Assembly: GCF_001194135.2 (NCBI RefSeq)
Contig: NC_068981.1
Span: 113,996,872 to 114,060,871, forward strand
Reading direction: 5' to 3'
DNA: 64,000 bases
Source: Octopus bimaculoides
Taxonomy: Eukaryota
Of the stretch, positions 1 to 12,592 are shown piece by piece (positions within the stretch are counted from its first letter, which is position 1; each line of letters begins with the position of its first letter). The position numbers and the translations under genes were made by a program. Below the pieces are notes generated by a model. The model did not search any database, was not told the DNA's origin, and saw nothing but the letters and a program-made list of their open reading frames with translations.

Positions 1-150
1 TGGTGAGAGAGAAAAACCTGGCAAAATCTTATATCTTCTTTTCCAGTGACATTCTTCACTGATATTGAAAAGGTGAAAACAAGCAATGTTAATTCTCTAA
101 ATGAAGTATTAACAGTAACTGCACGATAAAGTGTAGTATATTGCCACTTA

Positions 151-230
151 AGTGTGGCTGACCCCTAGGGGTGGATGTTACTGTTGCTTTTAGCCCCAGG
201 AGGACATCTCCTCCAGCTGGCTTATCGACA
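151..230. repeat. Unclassified dispersed repeat, second copy at about 61805-61865
   Basis: gtggctg...gatgttactgttgcttttagccccaggaggacatc aligns by eye with gtggctg...gatgttactgttgttttagccccaagaaacatc near 61805. Confidence 0.55.
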
Positions 231-1484
231 CACGACTGTGTCCTGTTTGGCAAGGGAGTTATCCCTCTCACCACGACCAGCAGCACGAACGTATCCGGAT
301 TTCAGGGTTATTTCCCTTCTTCGGCGTTCGACATATATATATATATGCGTGCTTGTGTATGCATGTATATACGTATATATATATATATTCTTTTTCAGGA
401 TTCGAAAGAATTAGGTATTTAAACAGTAAAATCACCAAGGTAGAGTCGAGGATAGTGCACCTGTGTACCGACAATGTATACCGACATATAGGGACTTACT
501 AAAGGAAATACGGATTTGTCCTTCCAGCTGTACACACAATCAAGAGTAACTGACTGAACACTCGACATGTCATCAAAGTCACACACGTATTCGACCTTCG
601 ACTATAGACTCTAGATCCAAACGTAAGGAAGGGTCCAACGTGTTAGATGAAAATAAATAACACAGAAGGGTTTATACATATATATATATATATATATATA
701 TANNNNNNNNNNNNNNNNNNNNNNNNNNNNNNNNNNNNNNNNNNNNNNNNNNNNNNNNNNNNNNNNNNNNNNNNNNNNNNNNNNNNNNNNNNNNNNNNNN
801 NNNNNNNNNNNNNNNNNNNNNNNNNNNNNNNNNNNNNNNNNNNNNNNNNNNNNNNNNNNNNNNNNNNNNNNNNNNNNNNNNNNNNNNNNNNNNNNNNNNN
901 NNNNNNNNNNNNNNNNNNNNNNNNNNNNNNNNNNNNNNNNNNNNNNNNNNNNNNNNNNNNNNNNNNNNNNNNNNNNNNNNNNNNNNNNNNNNNNNNNNNN
1001 NNNNNNNNNNNNNNNNNNNNNNNNNNNNNNNNNNNNNNNNNNNNNNNNNNNNNNNNNNNNNNNNNNNNNNNNNNNNNNNNNNNNNNNNNNNNNNNNNNNN
1101 NNNNNNNNNNNNNNNNNNNNNNNNNNNNNNNNNNNNNNNNNNNNNNNNNNNNNNNNNNNNNNNNNNNNNNNNNNNNNNNNNNNNNNNNNNNNNNNNNNNN
1201 NNNNNNNNNNNNNNNNNNNNNNNNNNNNNNNNNNNNNNNNNNNNNNNNNNNNNNNNNNNNNNNNNNNNNNNNNNNNNNNNNNNNNNNNNNNNNNNNNNNN
1301 NNNNNNNNNNNNNNNNNNNNNNNNNNNNNNNNNNNNNNNNNNNNNNNNNNNNNNNNNNNNNNNNNNNNNNNNNNNNNNNNNNNNNNNNNNNNNNNNNNNN
1401 NNNNNNNNNNNNNNNNNNNNNNNNNNNNNNNNNNNNNNNNNNNNNNNNNNNNNNNNNNNNNATATATATATATATATATATATA

Positions 1485-2291
1485 CAGGATGCGATGGGTA
1501 AATTGCCGCCATTTTACGATTTTTTATTTTGCGCACGCACATGGTTTGTTTTTGAGTTTGTCAACTGCACAGTATAGTAGAGTCAGTTGGTCACTGTCTT
1601 TGAGAAAAGCATGACGCAATTCACTCTGCCAGAAATCTGGAAACGACATGCTGCACTACTTGGCATTCGCGTCGGAAACTCTAATACGGACATTTCAGAG
1701 TGTTTGATTTTCAATCTGAGGACAGTGCAATCTGAAGACATGCACCGAGATTGATAAAAGTCAAACATCCAGTCAATATCATGTTGTTTGGAGTGATCAC
1801 TAGTGATGGCGACGTTATGCCTCATCTTTCCACACGGCCTCACACTCAATTCAGAGGCCTACATCAAGTGCCTGGAAGAGGTAGTGCTGCCCTGGGTCAA
1901 GAGGGTGGCTGCTGGAAGACCTTATGTCTGGTAACAGGACTCTGTATCATGCCACACAAGCAGGAAAACTCAGCCATGGCTGTCAGACAATTTCTGTGAC
2001 CACATCACCCTTAACATTAAGCCACCTAACTCCCCAGACTGCAACCCCCTTATGCGGAGTTGAGCGAGAAACCAACAGAAGTCCTTGTAACACCAAAGAT
2101 GAAATGAAGGCAAGGATTATGGTAGCATTCACCAACTTAAACAAGGGGACCGTCCAGATGAGTTGCAAGATATTCCGAAGTCGTCTGGAGGCTGTGGTTG
2201 AAGCAATGTCGATTTTATTGTATAAACTCAGTATTTCAAGATATTTTAATGAAACTTTGGTAAATATATCTGTTAAAATGAGATGTCAGTG
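1485..2291 (+). mobile_element. Internally deleted Tc1/mariner-superfamily transposon, DD37D (maT-type)
   Basis: Starts TA|CAGGATGCGATGGGTAAATTG inside a (TA)n run. ATG at 1611 (MTQFTLPEIWKRHAALLGI) jumps to catalytic-domain remnants KHPVNIMLFGVITSDG, QDSVSCHTSRKTQPWL, PPNSPDCNPL. 37 residues from the QD aspartate to where the third D should be (that codon is deleted here). Right TIR not seen. Confidence 0.85.
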
Positions 2292-2355
2292 GTGGCTGTT
2301 CTACCGTTTGTGTACACGGGAGTATATTTTTCAATATAAGTTTCATTTGAGGCAG

Positions 2356-2446
2356 GAAAGTGGGATTGTACAGCCATTTAGCTCAAATTTTCAGCAGGCT
2401 GAACGACTATGTAGCAGCTCGCGATTCAGCCAAGTCATCACTTAAT
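2356..2446 (+). CDS. Candidate internal exon (KVGLYSHLAQIFSRLNDYVAARDSAKSSLN), unidentified
   Basis: Acceptor tttcatttgaggcag, donor AAT|GTATGA, open frame with helical-repeat-like composition. Family not recognised. Confidence 0.25.
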
Positions 2447-3887
2447 GTATGATCCTATCAATCCGTCTTCACTCATTTCTCTGTCCTACACTCTCTGCTT
2501 CATATCTTCAGTGTCAGTTGGCTAGTTGTTTATTACCTCAGCGAAGTATTTGTCTCTGGAGACAGTGCAAGGTCTGACTTCCTTAGTTAGGGAGAGTGAT
2601 AGCAAAGCTGCTGATTTGTCTGTCCGTCTGTTCGTCCGTCTGTCTGTCTATCTATCCATTTATCTATCTATTTTGTATGCATGTATGTGTATAAAAAACA
2701 TTACTATTTGATTTCATCTTTATTTGACCTTTTGGATAATGCAAATATTATAAATCTATGAAATTCTTATCAAAAAAGTTTTAAATGACTCCAATTATTG
2801 CATTAAGTGGCAATGAATTCTCTGTCAGAAAGAAAGCAACTGAGCGAAAGGCATCTATCATTGAGCAAATCGTTTCACCCTAACTCAGACTGATTTATAT
2901 TTAGCAGTACTGTACACGCAAAGATACTTAGCAATAGTGAATTGCAGGTCTAAGGCAATAACATATTAACTGCTGAAAGACATTTTTTATGTAGTTAGAA
3001 GCCGTCGAAAGAAGAAATAAAGGCTATCCTCAAAACCATACGTCCATTTTCTTTACTCTATGCAATGATCGTAATAACTGAACTAAAGAGGAGTGGTTTA
3101 AAGTAATATCTATTGGCGTAACATTTATGATGCAATTTGTATTTAATGTCTCAAAGCACAACAAACATAAATTTTAGAACCTACATCAATATTCTGAAAA
3201 ACTCGCCTACTCATGCGAACATCTATAATAGCCTTATATTCTATGGAAAATAAATGGGATCATGTTAAATAGGAAATTGCACTTAATAATTCTTCAGCAA
3301 TTTTCGATTTAAAAGATCTGACATTTCAAGTGTAGAAACACGAGGTAACCCACGTCTGCTGCAAAATTTGTAGAAAGAAAGCATAAAGAACAGCTTTGCT
3401 GCTGCATTGGTGGTAAACATGTATCATATCAAATATTGAGCAGATATTTGTACTTTGGTAAATTGTTCTGGGTTTCAAAAAATACATTACTTAAAAAATA
3501 CGTTTGTTTTTCACCCACATTATAAATCACTGTTGTTTTTAAGTGTATTTAAGCTTTTTATCAGAAGCGGTATGTACAACAAACATTTTTACTGAATCGA
3601 AACGTCTAAAATTCAAACGTTTTAAATATTTTTCAATAAAATATGTATCGTCGTGTATAGTTAAAGTAATGCTGTTTGCCAAAACTTCATTTTGATTGAA
3701 TTTCAAGCTCATATTTTAAATGCGCCTAATATTACTTTAATCAAAGAAAGCAATTTATTACTAATTAAACAAGCATATGTTGGCTTTAAAACTTCGATCA
3801 ACTTTGCACTATCTATGGTGTCAAATATGTGTTACAGATTTTACTGAAGGTATTTTCCTTGAATGTTGATTTCCAGATTTCAAATAC

Positions 3888-3950
<63 letters not shown>

Positions 3951-4082
3951 TAGAGAGCGAGAGAGAGAGAGATTGTGTCCACTAATTGCGCGTATAATCT
4001 CAGTCGATCGAAGTTTCCTAACTCACTCTAATGAGCATTTGAAACCCTGTAATATTTCTCTTACAATATTTGGAACCTTAAG

Positions 4083-4457
4083 AAGGCGGCGAGCTGGCAG
4101 AAACGTTAGCACGCCAGGCGAAATGCTTAGCAGTACTTCGTGTGCCGTTACGTTCTGAGTTCAAATTCCGCCGAGGTCGACTTTGCTTTTCATCCTTTCG
4201 GGGTCGATTAAATAAGTACCAGTTACGCACTGGGGTCGATGTAATTGACTTAATCCCTTTGTCTGTCCTTGTCTATCGCCTCTGTGTGTAGCCCTTTGTG
4301 GGCAATAAAGAAATAAGAAACGTTAGCACGCCGGGCGAAATGCTTAGCGGTATTTCGTCTGCTGCTACGTTCTGAGTTCAAATTCCGCCGAGGTCGACTT
4401 TGCCTTTTATCCTTTCGGGGTCGATAAATTAAGTACCAGTTACGCACTGGGGTCGAT
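4083..4457 (+). mobile_element. SINE family B (tRNA-like head, Nin/Deu-like core), tandem of one full and one partial unit
   Basis: B box gagttcaaattcc; core gtcgactttgc...catcctttcggggtcgat...aagtaccag. Unit 1 4083-4316; unit 2 4317-4457 restarts at gaaacgttagcacgcc. Confidence 0.9.
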
Positions 4458-4699
4458 CTACAAAGTAGATAGAGGTTTCCTTATTTGTGCTTTTATTGTG
4501 AATTTAGAGGCGCAAAATATGGATCGATGCTCTGCAAGGACCAGGTTTTGGTACTTAGGTGGTTCACCAATGCATAAGACTGGAGCAAAAAAGATAGTAT
4601 CATTTTTATACCAAGAACTAAATAACCTAAATTTCAAATTCAAGAATATAATCATCAAATGAGAGCATCGCATAGAATGATTTGCGGTATTTATATATA

Positions 4700-4790
4700 G
4701 TTTTCTGCACTCTGAGTTGAAATCCTGCCGAGGCTAACTTTGCCTTCCAAACCTTGAAAATCGGTTGACAAAATACCAGTCATGTACTCA
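4700..4790 (+). mobile_element. Degenerate SINE B fragment
   Basis: ctgagttgaaatcctgccgaggctaactttgccttcc...aaaataccagt is similar to 4083-4316. Confidence 0.65.
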
Positions 4791-5019
4791 ATATATTTCT
4801 CTATTTTGTAATTGTATAGGCTTCGTGTATATGCTCATATCACGATACCACCGATCCATTACTACTAATCATTGGTTATGACAAGAAATGTGCGCAAAAA
4901 TAAAATAATATCCATAAATTGAAGCAATAGGGTTTCGACCAGTACTTTTCATCATAGGTGTTCAGTTGCTGAACACCTATCTAACTCATTGGAGTAGTCA
5001 GTAAATGGTTGAGCATTTT

Positions 5020-5230
5020 ATTGACACATGTATCCTCTATGTAATTCTCAGACAGAATTAGCATGAAAAGGCTGTACTTTGGAGTTACATCTACAATCCG
5101 TCCGGCAATGCAAGCATTTACCGTCTACCCTCACAGCTGTGGGGCGATCCGACACTATAGAAAATGAAACTTGCCCAAGATGATTCGCTTCAGAACTGAA
5201 ACCAAAACGTCATGATTCTGAAGTTAAGTT
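5020..5230 (-). mobile_element. Degenerate SINE (family A-related)
   Basis: aaacttgcccaag...gaactgaaacc...ctaactatgcagcca is the reverse complement of the family A head/CORE-like region. Confidence 0.45.
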
Positions 5231-5984
5231 GCTAACTATGCAGCCATCAACTATAATACCTAATAAAACGTGCTTCTGAATGGAAAATAGAAAGTTAAGT
5301 ATGCGTATTTTTAAGTTTAGTACTCAAACTTTTCTTGGGTTCACACCGCATTCTATAAATGAGTAAGTATTTTATATTTGCAAATCTAGATTACTACTAT
5401 ACAAATGTTGCAGGATGTTTCCAAAACGTAGTTCAGGACATATTGAAGCGCTTGTAAACATATCATTCCTATACTTCGAATAGAAGTACAAATTGATAAG
5501 AATGCAATGACGAATCCAAACTCGGAGAGCGGTTTCTATCTGTATTCCATAATATTTAAAATCATCTACATAGTTTACATGTCACAACTATCGTACAGAG
5601 TAAACAAAAGCTACTAAAAATGCACAGACATAGACACTAGTATGATAGAAAATATTTTTAAAAAGTTTTTTCCCGTAAAATAGAAAAGTATAGGAGAATG
5701 ATGGTATATTCAAGTTTTCAAACAGGGATTAATCCATTTGAGAAATATAATATACAACAAAATTATAGTTATTTAGTGGAACATAGTATGGCTAGAAAAT
5801 TAAGAAACTGAGAAATTAGAGATAAACATATTACACACACACACACACACACATACACACGCGCGCGCACATACCTATATATCTCTGGGTACAGAGAAAA
5901 AGAAAAAGAAAGAGATATAGGGTGAGAAAAAGATATCATCAATATGCAAGTTAGATCCAATAACAGATTTTGGTTTATTATAAC

Positions 5985-6770
5985 GAATCCAGCACCTTAT
6001 TTTGTCCTAAAAGTATAAAAAGCTAATATGACCTCATCGGGGATTGATGCTCTAAGAACTCTGCCAGTCTACTAATTCCTAAGATTGTACATATTTTTGG
6101 ACTGACTTTAGTGGTTAGATTTATCCCAGTACTTGACTGCTTTTTATTTTATTAACACTGGAAGGATGTTTGAGACTATTCCGAAAATATTTGAACTCCA
6201 AATATATAGATAGCCAGTATTTGCTTCTACTGTAGGCAGAAGGAAACTTTGGGGGAAAAGGCTTGTCGATTAATCTACCCTTGTAGATAGCTACTTTATT
6301 GTATCGAGTTCGAAAGAATGACAAGCAAAGTTAATTACGACGGGATTCGAACTCAGATCGCAAAGTCTTAACACTACAAAGCATTTTGTCTGGCGCTTAA
6401 ACGATTCTGATAATCCACTTGTTTAATTATAATTAATTCTAATAAAGGTACAAGGCCAGGCATTTTGCGGGAGTGAGTTGATTATATCGACAGTAGTACT
6501 TGACAAGTACTTTATTTTATCCGATTGAGGAAACTGAAAGCCAAAGGTAAACAAATAGGAATTTGAACTCAGAATATACAGAACAGGGCAAGATAGCGGA
6601 ACAAATTGCTTGACGCTTTATTGTACCTATTCTCTTCTTTCTAAAATTGTTTCTAATTCAGGTATAAGGTCAAGAATTTTGAGGGGAGGGACTTAGTTGA
6701 CACTAAGATCCCCAATATTTTATCTGTGTTGGAGGGATGAAAGTTGAGTTCGGTTCGATTTGAACAAAAA
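5985..6770 (-). mobile_element. Cluster of about 4 decayed SINE B fragments
   Basis: Repeated reverse-complement motifs (gtacttattttatc, ggaatttgaactcagaa, ggattcgaactcaga, aaggccag..attttg). Confidence 0.6.
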
Positions 6771-7432
6771 CACACATAAACAATAGTAATTATATAAAAA
6801 TTAAGAGTTATATTTACTCACCTTAATGTTGGTAATAAGTTCAGTTGCAAAAATAGAATATATATATATATATTACGTTCTATGATTTCATATTTGTTTT
6901 CATAAAGCCAAATATATGTAAATTTCTTCGAGATTTTCTAAGATCCGTCTTCATGGTAACAAACACCGCATAAGTGGCGAAAAATACGTACCAACGCATA
7001 CTCACTCGCTCACACACACACACGTGCGCGCGAGCCGAGGTTTGTAATCTAAATGTTCGTGTGACTGTGTTAGTACAAATGTATATAGATATTTCAGCAT
7101 GTAATAATTCACTTCTTTCCGTTACGTTTTATCTATTGATGATGTTGGTGTTGTTGTTCTTCTTCTAAATATTAAAACTACTGTTTATATTCCTTAAGCA
7201 AGTTTCTCGGTGTGGGAAATATTGACGAACTATATTTACAAATCCAAATTTACGAATCGGGGCCGGAATATTTGCAGCTGATTAGCACAACAATTAATTT
7301 CTGGGAAATACATATTTACTGTTTCCGTACTTATTTCATTTTCTCACGATCTGTTTCTTTATATATATATATATGCATATACATACACACACACACATAC
7401 AAAAATACATACATACATACATATATACATAC

Positions 7433-7464
<32 letters not shown>

Positions 7465-7968
7465 TATAATTTTCGGTTATTATCTAGCTTGTATGAGAAC
7501 ATTCTTAAGAATCATAATTCAGCGTAACGAAAGTAAAAGCCCCGAATGAATTTTGAATTAATTACGAAAAGGGCGGCAATAAAAATACAAATAAAGAAAG
7601 AATCTAAACACTGTTTATTATGCACACAGGCATGGTGCTAGTATGATAATTACCACGTGAGCGGAGAGAAGAGTATGAACGTTCATGCAGCTGCTAGTAG
7701 CAGAATTAAATATCTGCTCAATATTCCTTATATCTTCAGAAACAGCGCGACTTCAAAATCTATATATGTATAGTCTCAATTCAATATTTGTGTATATGGA
7801 TATGTCTGTAAATATCTATATCTGTATCGACGTATATGTATACATATAGGTGCGCGTGTGTATGTGTGTTTGTATTAATACGCATACACATATATGTATA
7901 TATCTTGTGTGAGTTTGTGCGTATTGTTTATATGTTAATATGCATATGTGTGGGTGTGTATGCGTACA

Positions 7969-8002
<34 letters not shown>

Positions 8003-8800
8003 NNNNNNNNNNNNNNNNNNNNNNNNNNNNNNNNNNNNNNNNNNNNNNNNNNNNNNNNNNNNNNNNNNNNNNNNNNNNNNNNNNNNNNNNNNNNNNNNNN
8101 NNNNNNNNNNNNNNNNNNNNNNNNNNNNNNNNNNNNNNNNNNNNNNNNNNNNNNNNNNNNNNNNNNNNNNNNNNNNNNNNNNNNNNNNNNNNNNNNNNNN
8201 NNNNNNNNNNNNNNNNNNNNNNNNNNNNNNNNNNNNNNNNNNNNNNNNNNNNNNNNNNNNNNNNNNNNNNNNNNNNNNNNNNNNNNNNNNNNNNNNNNNN
8301 NNNNNNNNNNNNNNNNNNNNNNNNNNNNNNNNNNNNNNNNNNNNNNNNNNNNNNNNNNNNNNNNNNNNNNNNNNNNNNNNNNNNNNNNNNNNNNNNNNNN
8401 NNNNNNNNNNNNNNNNNNNNNNNNNNNNNNNNNNNNNNNNNNNNNNNNNNNNNNNNNNNNNNNNNNNNNNNNNNNNNNNNNNNNNNNNNNNNNNNNNNNN
8501 NNNNNNNNNNNNNNNNNNNNNNNNNNNNNNNNNNNNNNNNNNNNNNNNNNNNNNNNNNNNNNNNNNNNNNNNNNNNNNNNNNNNNNNNNNNNNNNNNNNN
8601 NNNNNNNNNNNNNNNNNNNNNNNNNNNNNNNNNNNNNNNNNNNNNNNNNNNNNNNNNNNNNNNNNNNNNNNNNNNNNNNNNNNNNNNNNNNNNNNNNNNN
8701 NNNNNNNNNNNNNNNNNNNNNNNNNNNNNNNNNNNNNNNNNNNNNNNNNNNNNNNNNNNNNNNNNNNNNNNNNNNNNNNNNNNNNNNNNNNNNNNNNNNN

Positions 8801-8843
<43 letters not shown>

Positions 8844-9446
8844 TCTTAGGTCCTGGTAGCATGTAATGGTAGGGTTGTTCCAGAGAAGCACTCAACCTGA
8901 ATACTGGATTATCAGCACTCTTGGGTTCCAGACCTAAGCAAGAATTCTTCAAGTGTAGAAAATCCTTGTTTCAAAACGGTCACACAATGATATATGTGAA
9001 TATCTGTAAATGTGTTGTGTGTGTGCGTGTGTGTGTGTTTCTGTGTCTATCCCCTACCATCACTTGACAATCAGTGTTAATAAAAGATTCCGTTAATCCC
9101 GACACATTTTTCTATCCCGTCTTTTTTTTCTCTCTTTCTTCCCCTTTTTTTCCCTCTCATCCGTAAAAGGAATAAAACAAAAAAACAACTTTCAGGAACA
9201 ATAGAAGTTTATTGACGCAGACGATTGTAAACATTTCTCGTATCGAAGTTTCATAAGGTGAGAAAATTGTTTTATAGCTTACTGTTAGCAGCAGGAGTTG
9301 CTGTGTATGCGAACAGAGATCCAAAATTAGGGACATTCCCTAATTTTGTACATATATATGGATCTTACTTATAACTGTATATACATGTGTGTGTATGTGT
9401 GCGTGTGTATGTGTGTGTATATGAGTGTATGTGGTTGAAGTGTATT

Positions 9447-9610
9447 GGTGCAGGAGTGGCTGTGTGGAAAGTAGCTTGCTTACCAACCACATGGTTCCGG
9501 GTTCAGTCCCACTACGTGGCACTTTGGGCAAGTGTCTTCAACTATAGCCTCGGACCGACCAAAGCCTTGCGAGTGGATTTGGTAGACGGAAACAGAATAA
9601 AGCCTGTCTC
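9447..9610 (+). mobile_element. SINE family A (Octopus OK-like), 5' half ending in (TA)n
   Basis: A box tggctgtgtgg, B box gggttcagtccc, CORE-like ttgggcaagtgtctt, then ccgaccaaagccttg..gtggatttggtagacggaaac. Confidence 0.9.
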
Positions 9611-10301
9611 ATATATATATATATATATATATANNNNNNNNNNNNNNNNNNNNNNNNNNNNNNNNNNNNNNNNNNNNNNNNNNNNNNNNNNNNNNNNNNN
9701 NNNNNNNNNNNNNNNNNNNNNNNNNNNNNNNNNNNNNNNNNNNNNNNNNNNNNNNNNNNNNNNNNNNNNNNNNNNNNNNNNNNNNNNNNNNNNNNNNNNN
9801 NNNNNNNNNNNNNNNNNNNNNNNNNNNNNNNNNNNNNNNNNNNNNNNNNNNNNNNNNNNNNNNNNNNNNNNNNNNNNNNNNNNNNNNNNNNNNNNNNNNN
9901 NNNNNNNNNNNNNNNNNNNNNNNNNNNNNNNNNNNNNNNNNNNNNNNNNNNNNNNNNNNNNNNNNNNNNNNNNNNNNNNNNNNNNNNNNNNNNNNNNNNN
10001 NNNNNNNNNNNNNNNNNNNNNNNNNNNNNNNNNNNNNNNNNNNNNNNNNNNNNNNNNNNNNNNNNNNNNNNNNNNNNNNNNNNNNNNNNNNNNNNNNNNN
10101 NNNNNNNNNNNNNNNNNNNNNNNNNNNNNNNNNNNNNNNNNNNNNNNNNNNNNNNNNNNNNNNNNNNNNNNNNNNNNNNNNNNNNNNNNNNNNNNNNNNN
10201 NNNNNNNNNNNNNNNNNNNNNNNNNNNNNNNNNNNNNNNNNNNNNNNNNNNNNNNCATATACACGCACATATGTAAGTCTATGTATAGATATGTTCATAT
10301 C

Positions 10302-10339
<38 letters not shown>

Positions 10340-10519
10340 TGTCTATGTGTATGTATGTATGTATTTCAATTGTTAAGATTTTCGTTTCACATTAGGTGCC
10401 AGGGAAGACCAGGGACCAGAACCAGAGTATGCATGTGGTTTTTTGGTGAGTTAAGAAAAATATTTGATATGGTAAACCGTGGTGTCTTTGGGGGAGGTCC
10501 TGCAGAAGTCACCTAACAA

Positions 10520-10935
10520 AGACAATTGTGGTAGGCATGCCATACGGTACACATGGAATACGCATCTTTACCTAAATCTTTCTTCTATGATATGCTTAGT
10601 TCTGGTGCCAGACACTGTTATATTGTAAGAACACTCCACAGACCTGATTGGAAACTTACAAGATAAGTTTCCTAAAGACATAGGAATCAGAAGCAATGTA
10701 TAGTGCCCAGTGGAGTAGATGTTGCTACCAAGCCATCTCCGACTTAGAGGCAATTAAGATCAACACTTTAGGGAGAAAAGAGCCCAACGTAGAACTGTGT
10801 CCCTAAATGAAGGGTACCACTATGCAACTTCTGCAACCGGATCTGCAAATCCTCAATAGGTTTGAATTCCCACATAAGACAACACAGCAAAACATCGAAC
10901 GAAGAACACTGTAGTTGTGTCCTCCTGATTGAAGG
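10520..10935 (+). mobile_element. RTE-clade LINE 3' fragment
   Basis: Frameshifted QLW*ACHTVHMEYASLPKSFFYDMLSSGAR (RTE QLRWAGH..RM...LPK..FYGEL), EKRAQRR, and C-terminal CNFCNRICKSSIGLNSHIR. Confidence 0.8.
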
Positions 10936-11214
10936 GAAGGGAGTCCAATAGCAATAATGTATGTATGTATGTATGTATGTATTTATGTATGTATGTATGT
11001 ATGTATGTATGTATGTATTTATGTATGTATGTATGTATGTATGTATGTGTATTTATGGTCTGTATTTATATCTGTCTATATAAAATTAACTAAATGGCAA
11101 GAGAATAAGAATTACGTAATCAGATTCATTAGCTTACAATTTTTTTCTGGTATGCTTGGCAGTGGACTCGGAATAGAATGTTTGTGCATCACCTTATAGC
11201 TTCTGCCTCAACAC

Positions 11215-11253
<39 letters not shown>

Positions 11254-11824
11254 NNNNNNNNNNNNNNNNNNNNNNNNNNNNNNNNNNNNNNNNNNNNNNN
11301 NNNNNNNNNNNNNNNNNNNNNNNNNNNNNNNNNNNNNNNNNNNNNNNNNNNNNNNNNNNNNNNNNNNNNNNNNNNNNNNNNNNNNNNNNNNNNNNNNNNN
11401 NNNNNNNNNNNNNNNNNNNNNNNNNNNNNNNNNNNNNNNNNNNNNNNNNNNNNNNNNNNNNNNNNNNNNNNNNNNNNNNNNNNNNNNNNNNNNAGTGTTA
11501 GGTGTGATGTACAGAAGTAAATATTGAAAAAAAAGTCGTCAGAATTTTGGAATAACTTCTTTCATTTATTTTATATATATATTAGCGCATTCGTTCGTCT
11601 TTCGAACTTGTCAAATATAATTCTGTGAAAATACAGAGATCTAGCTTATTTATATAAAAACAGGTGTTTTGGGGAGTTTTGTTTATAACAGAACATTGTT
11701 ATATATATATGTATGTATGTAAACAATAATAATAAATAGTAATGTGTTTTGAGTGGCACAACAATGCACTATAATAACAACAATGGACTATAATAACTGG
11801 TGTAATTTAATCAGCTATAATCTT

Positions 11825-11864
11825 ATATAATATTTCGGAATATAAAAATTCCTTCTTCAGATAT
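11825..11864 (-). ncRNA. Minimal type I hammerhead ribozyme motif (family H2)
   Basis: RC: atat CTGAAGA a ggaat-ttttat-attcc GAAA tat t atat. Stem I 4 bp, stem II 5 bp, palindromic ATAT stem III, AUU cleavage triplet. Confidence 0.75.
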
Positions 11865-12550
11865 CCTTAGGAATTGATCGAGTCACTGCTCCAATCGATT
11901 TTCCAACGGCCTTTTTTGTTTTCTTTTTCCGTCCCCCTGTTTCTCCTTCCCCGAAAGTGTCTCTGCACTGGTCTCACGAAGCTCCTTCCGGAATTCATCT
12001 GAGAACTGCTTGAGGGTTAGGGTCTCAGGTTCGTGTGTGCTGGCACATCCATAGCGCTGCTTCTAAGTAATGTATTATACGTGCAGTTTCCTCGTTTTCC
12101 CTTCTCCTTCCCGTTTTCCCATCTTCTTTCCTTTTACCTTACTTTTTTCTTTTCTCTTCCCCCTTTTTTTAATATAAATAATACATGAGCATGTCATAAA
12201 AAACCTACACGCATCCAGATATAGCTAGAGAATACATTGACTGTCAAGCTCCTTCCTGTTGTTGATTTGGGGCCCTTGTCTGTCTATGAGAATAGTTTCC
12301 TTAATTCTTAAATTACCCAAATTTCTTTCATTGGCCTCAATTGTGACTGTTATGCTTTTGTCGCTGTTCCGGCATCTGACTAGATGCTTTCTGAAGGATG
12401 TTTTCTCCTGTTCAGATGTTCTTTGATGCGAAAGTGTAACGGTCTTGTTGTGCTACCCACATAGAAGTTGTTGCATTTGTTACATTGTACAGAATACAAT
12501 ATAACAAATATATTCTCTAGCTACATCTGGCTACTTGATCAATCTGTAGG

Positions 12551-12592
12551 GATATCTGAAGAAGGAATTTTTATAATTCGAAATATTATATC
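12551..12592 (+). ncRNA. Minimal type I hammerhead ribozyme motif (family H2)
   Basis: gatat CTGAAGA a ggaatttttataattc GAAA tat t atatc. Stem I 5 bp perfect; stem II imperfect or register-shifted. Confidence 0.7.

Noticed and set aside
9196-9257. Strong acceptor/donor pair
   Set aside because: Stops in all three frames; chance or non-coding.
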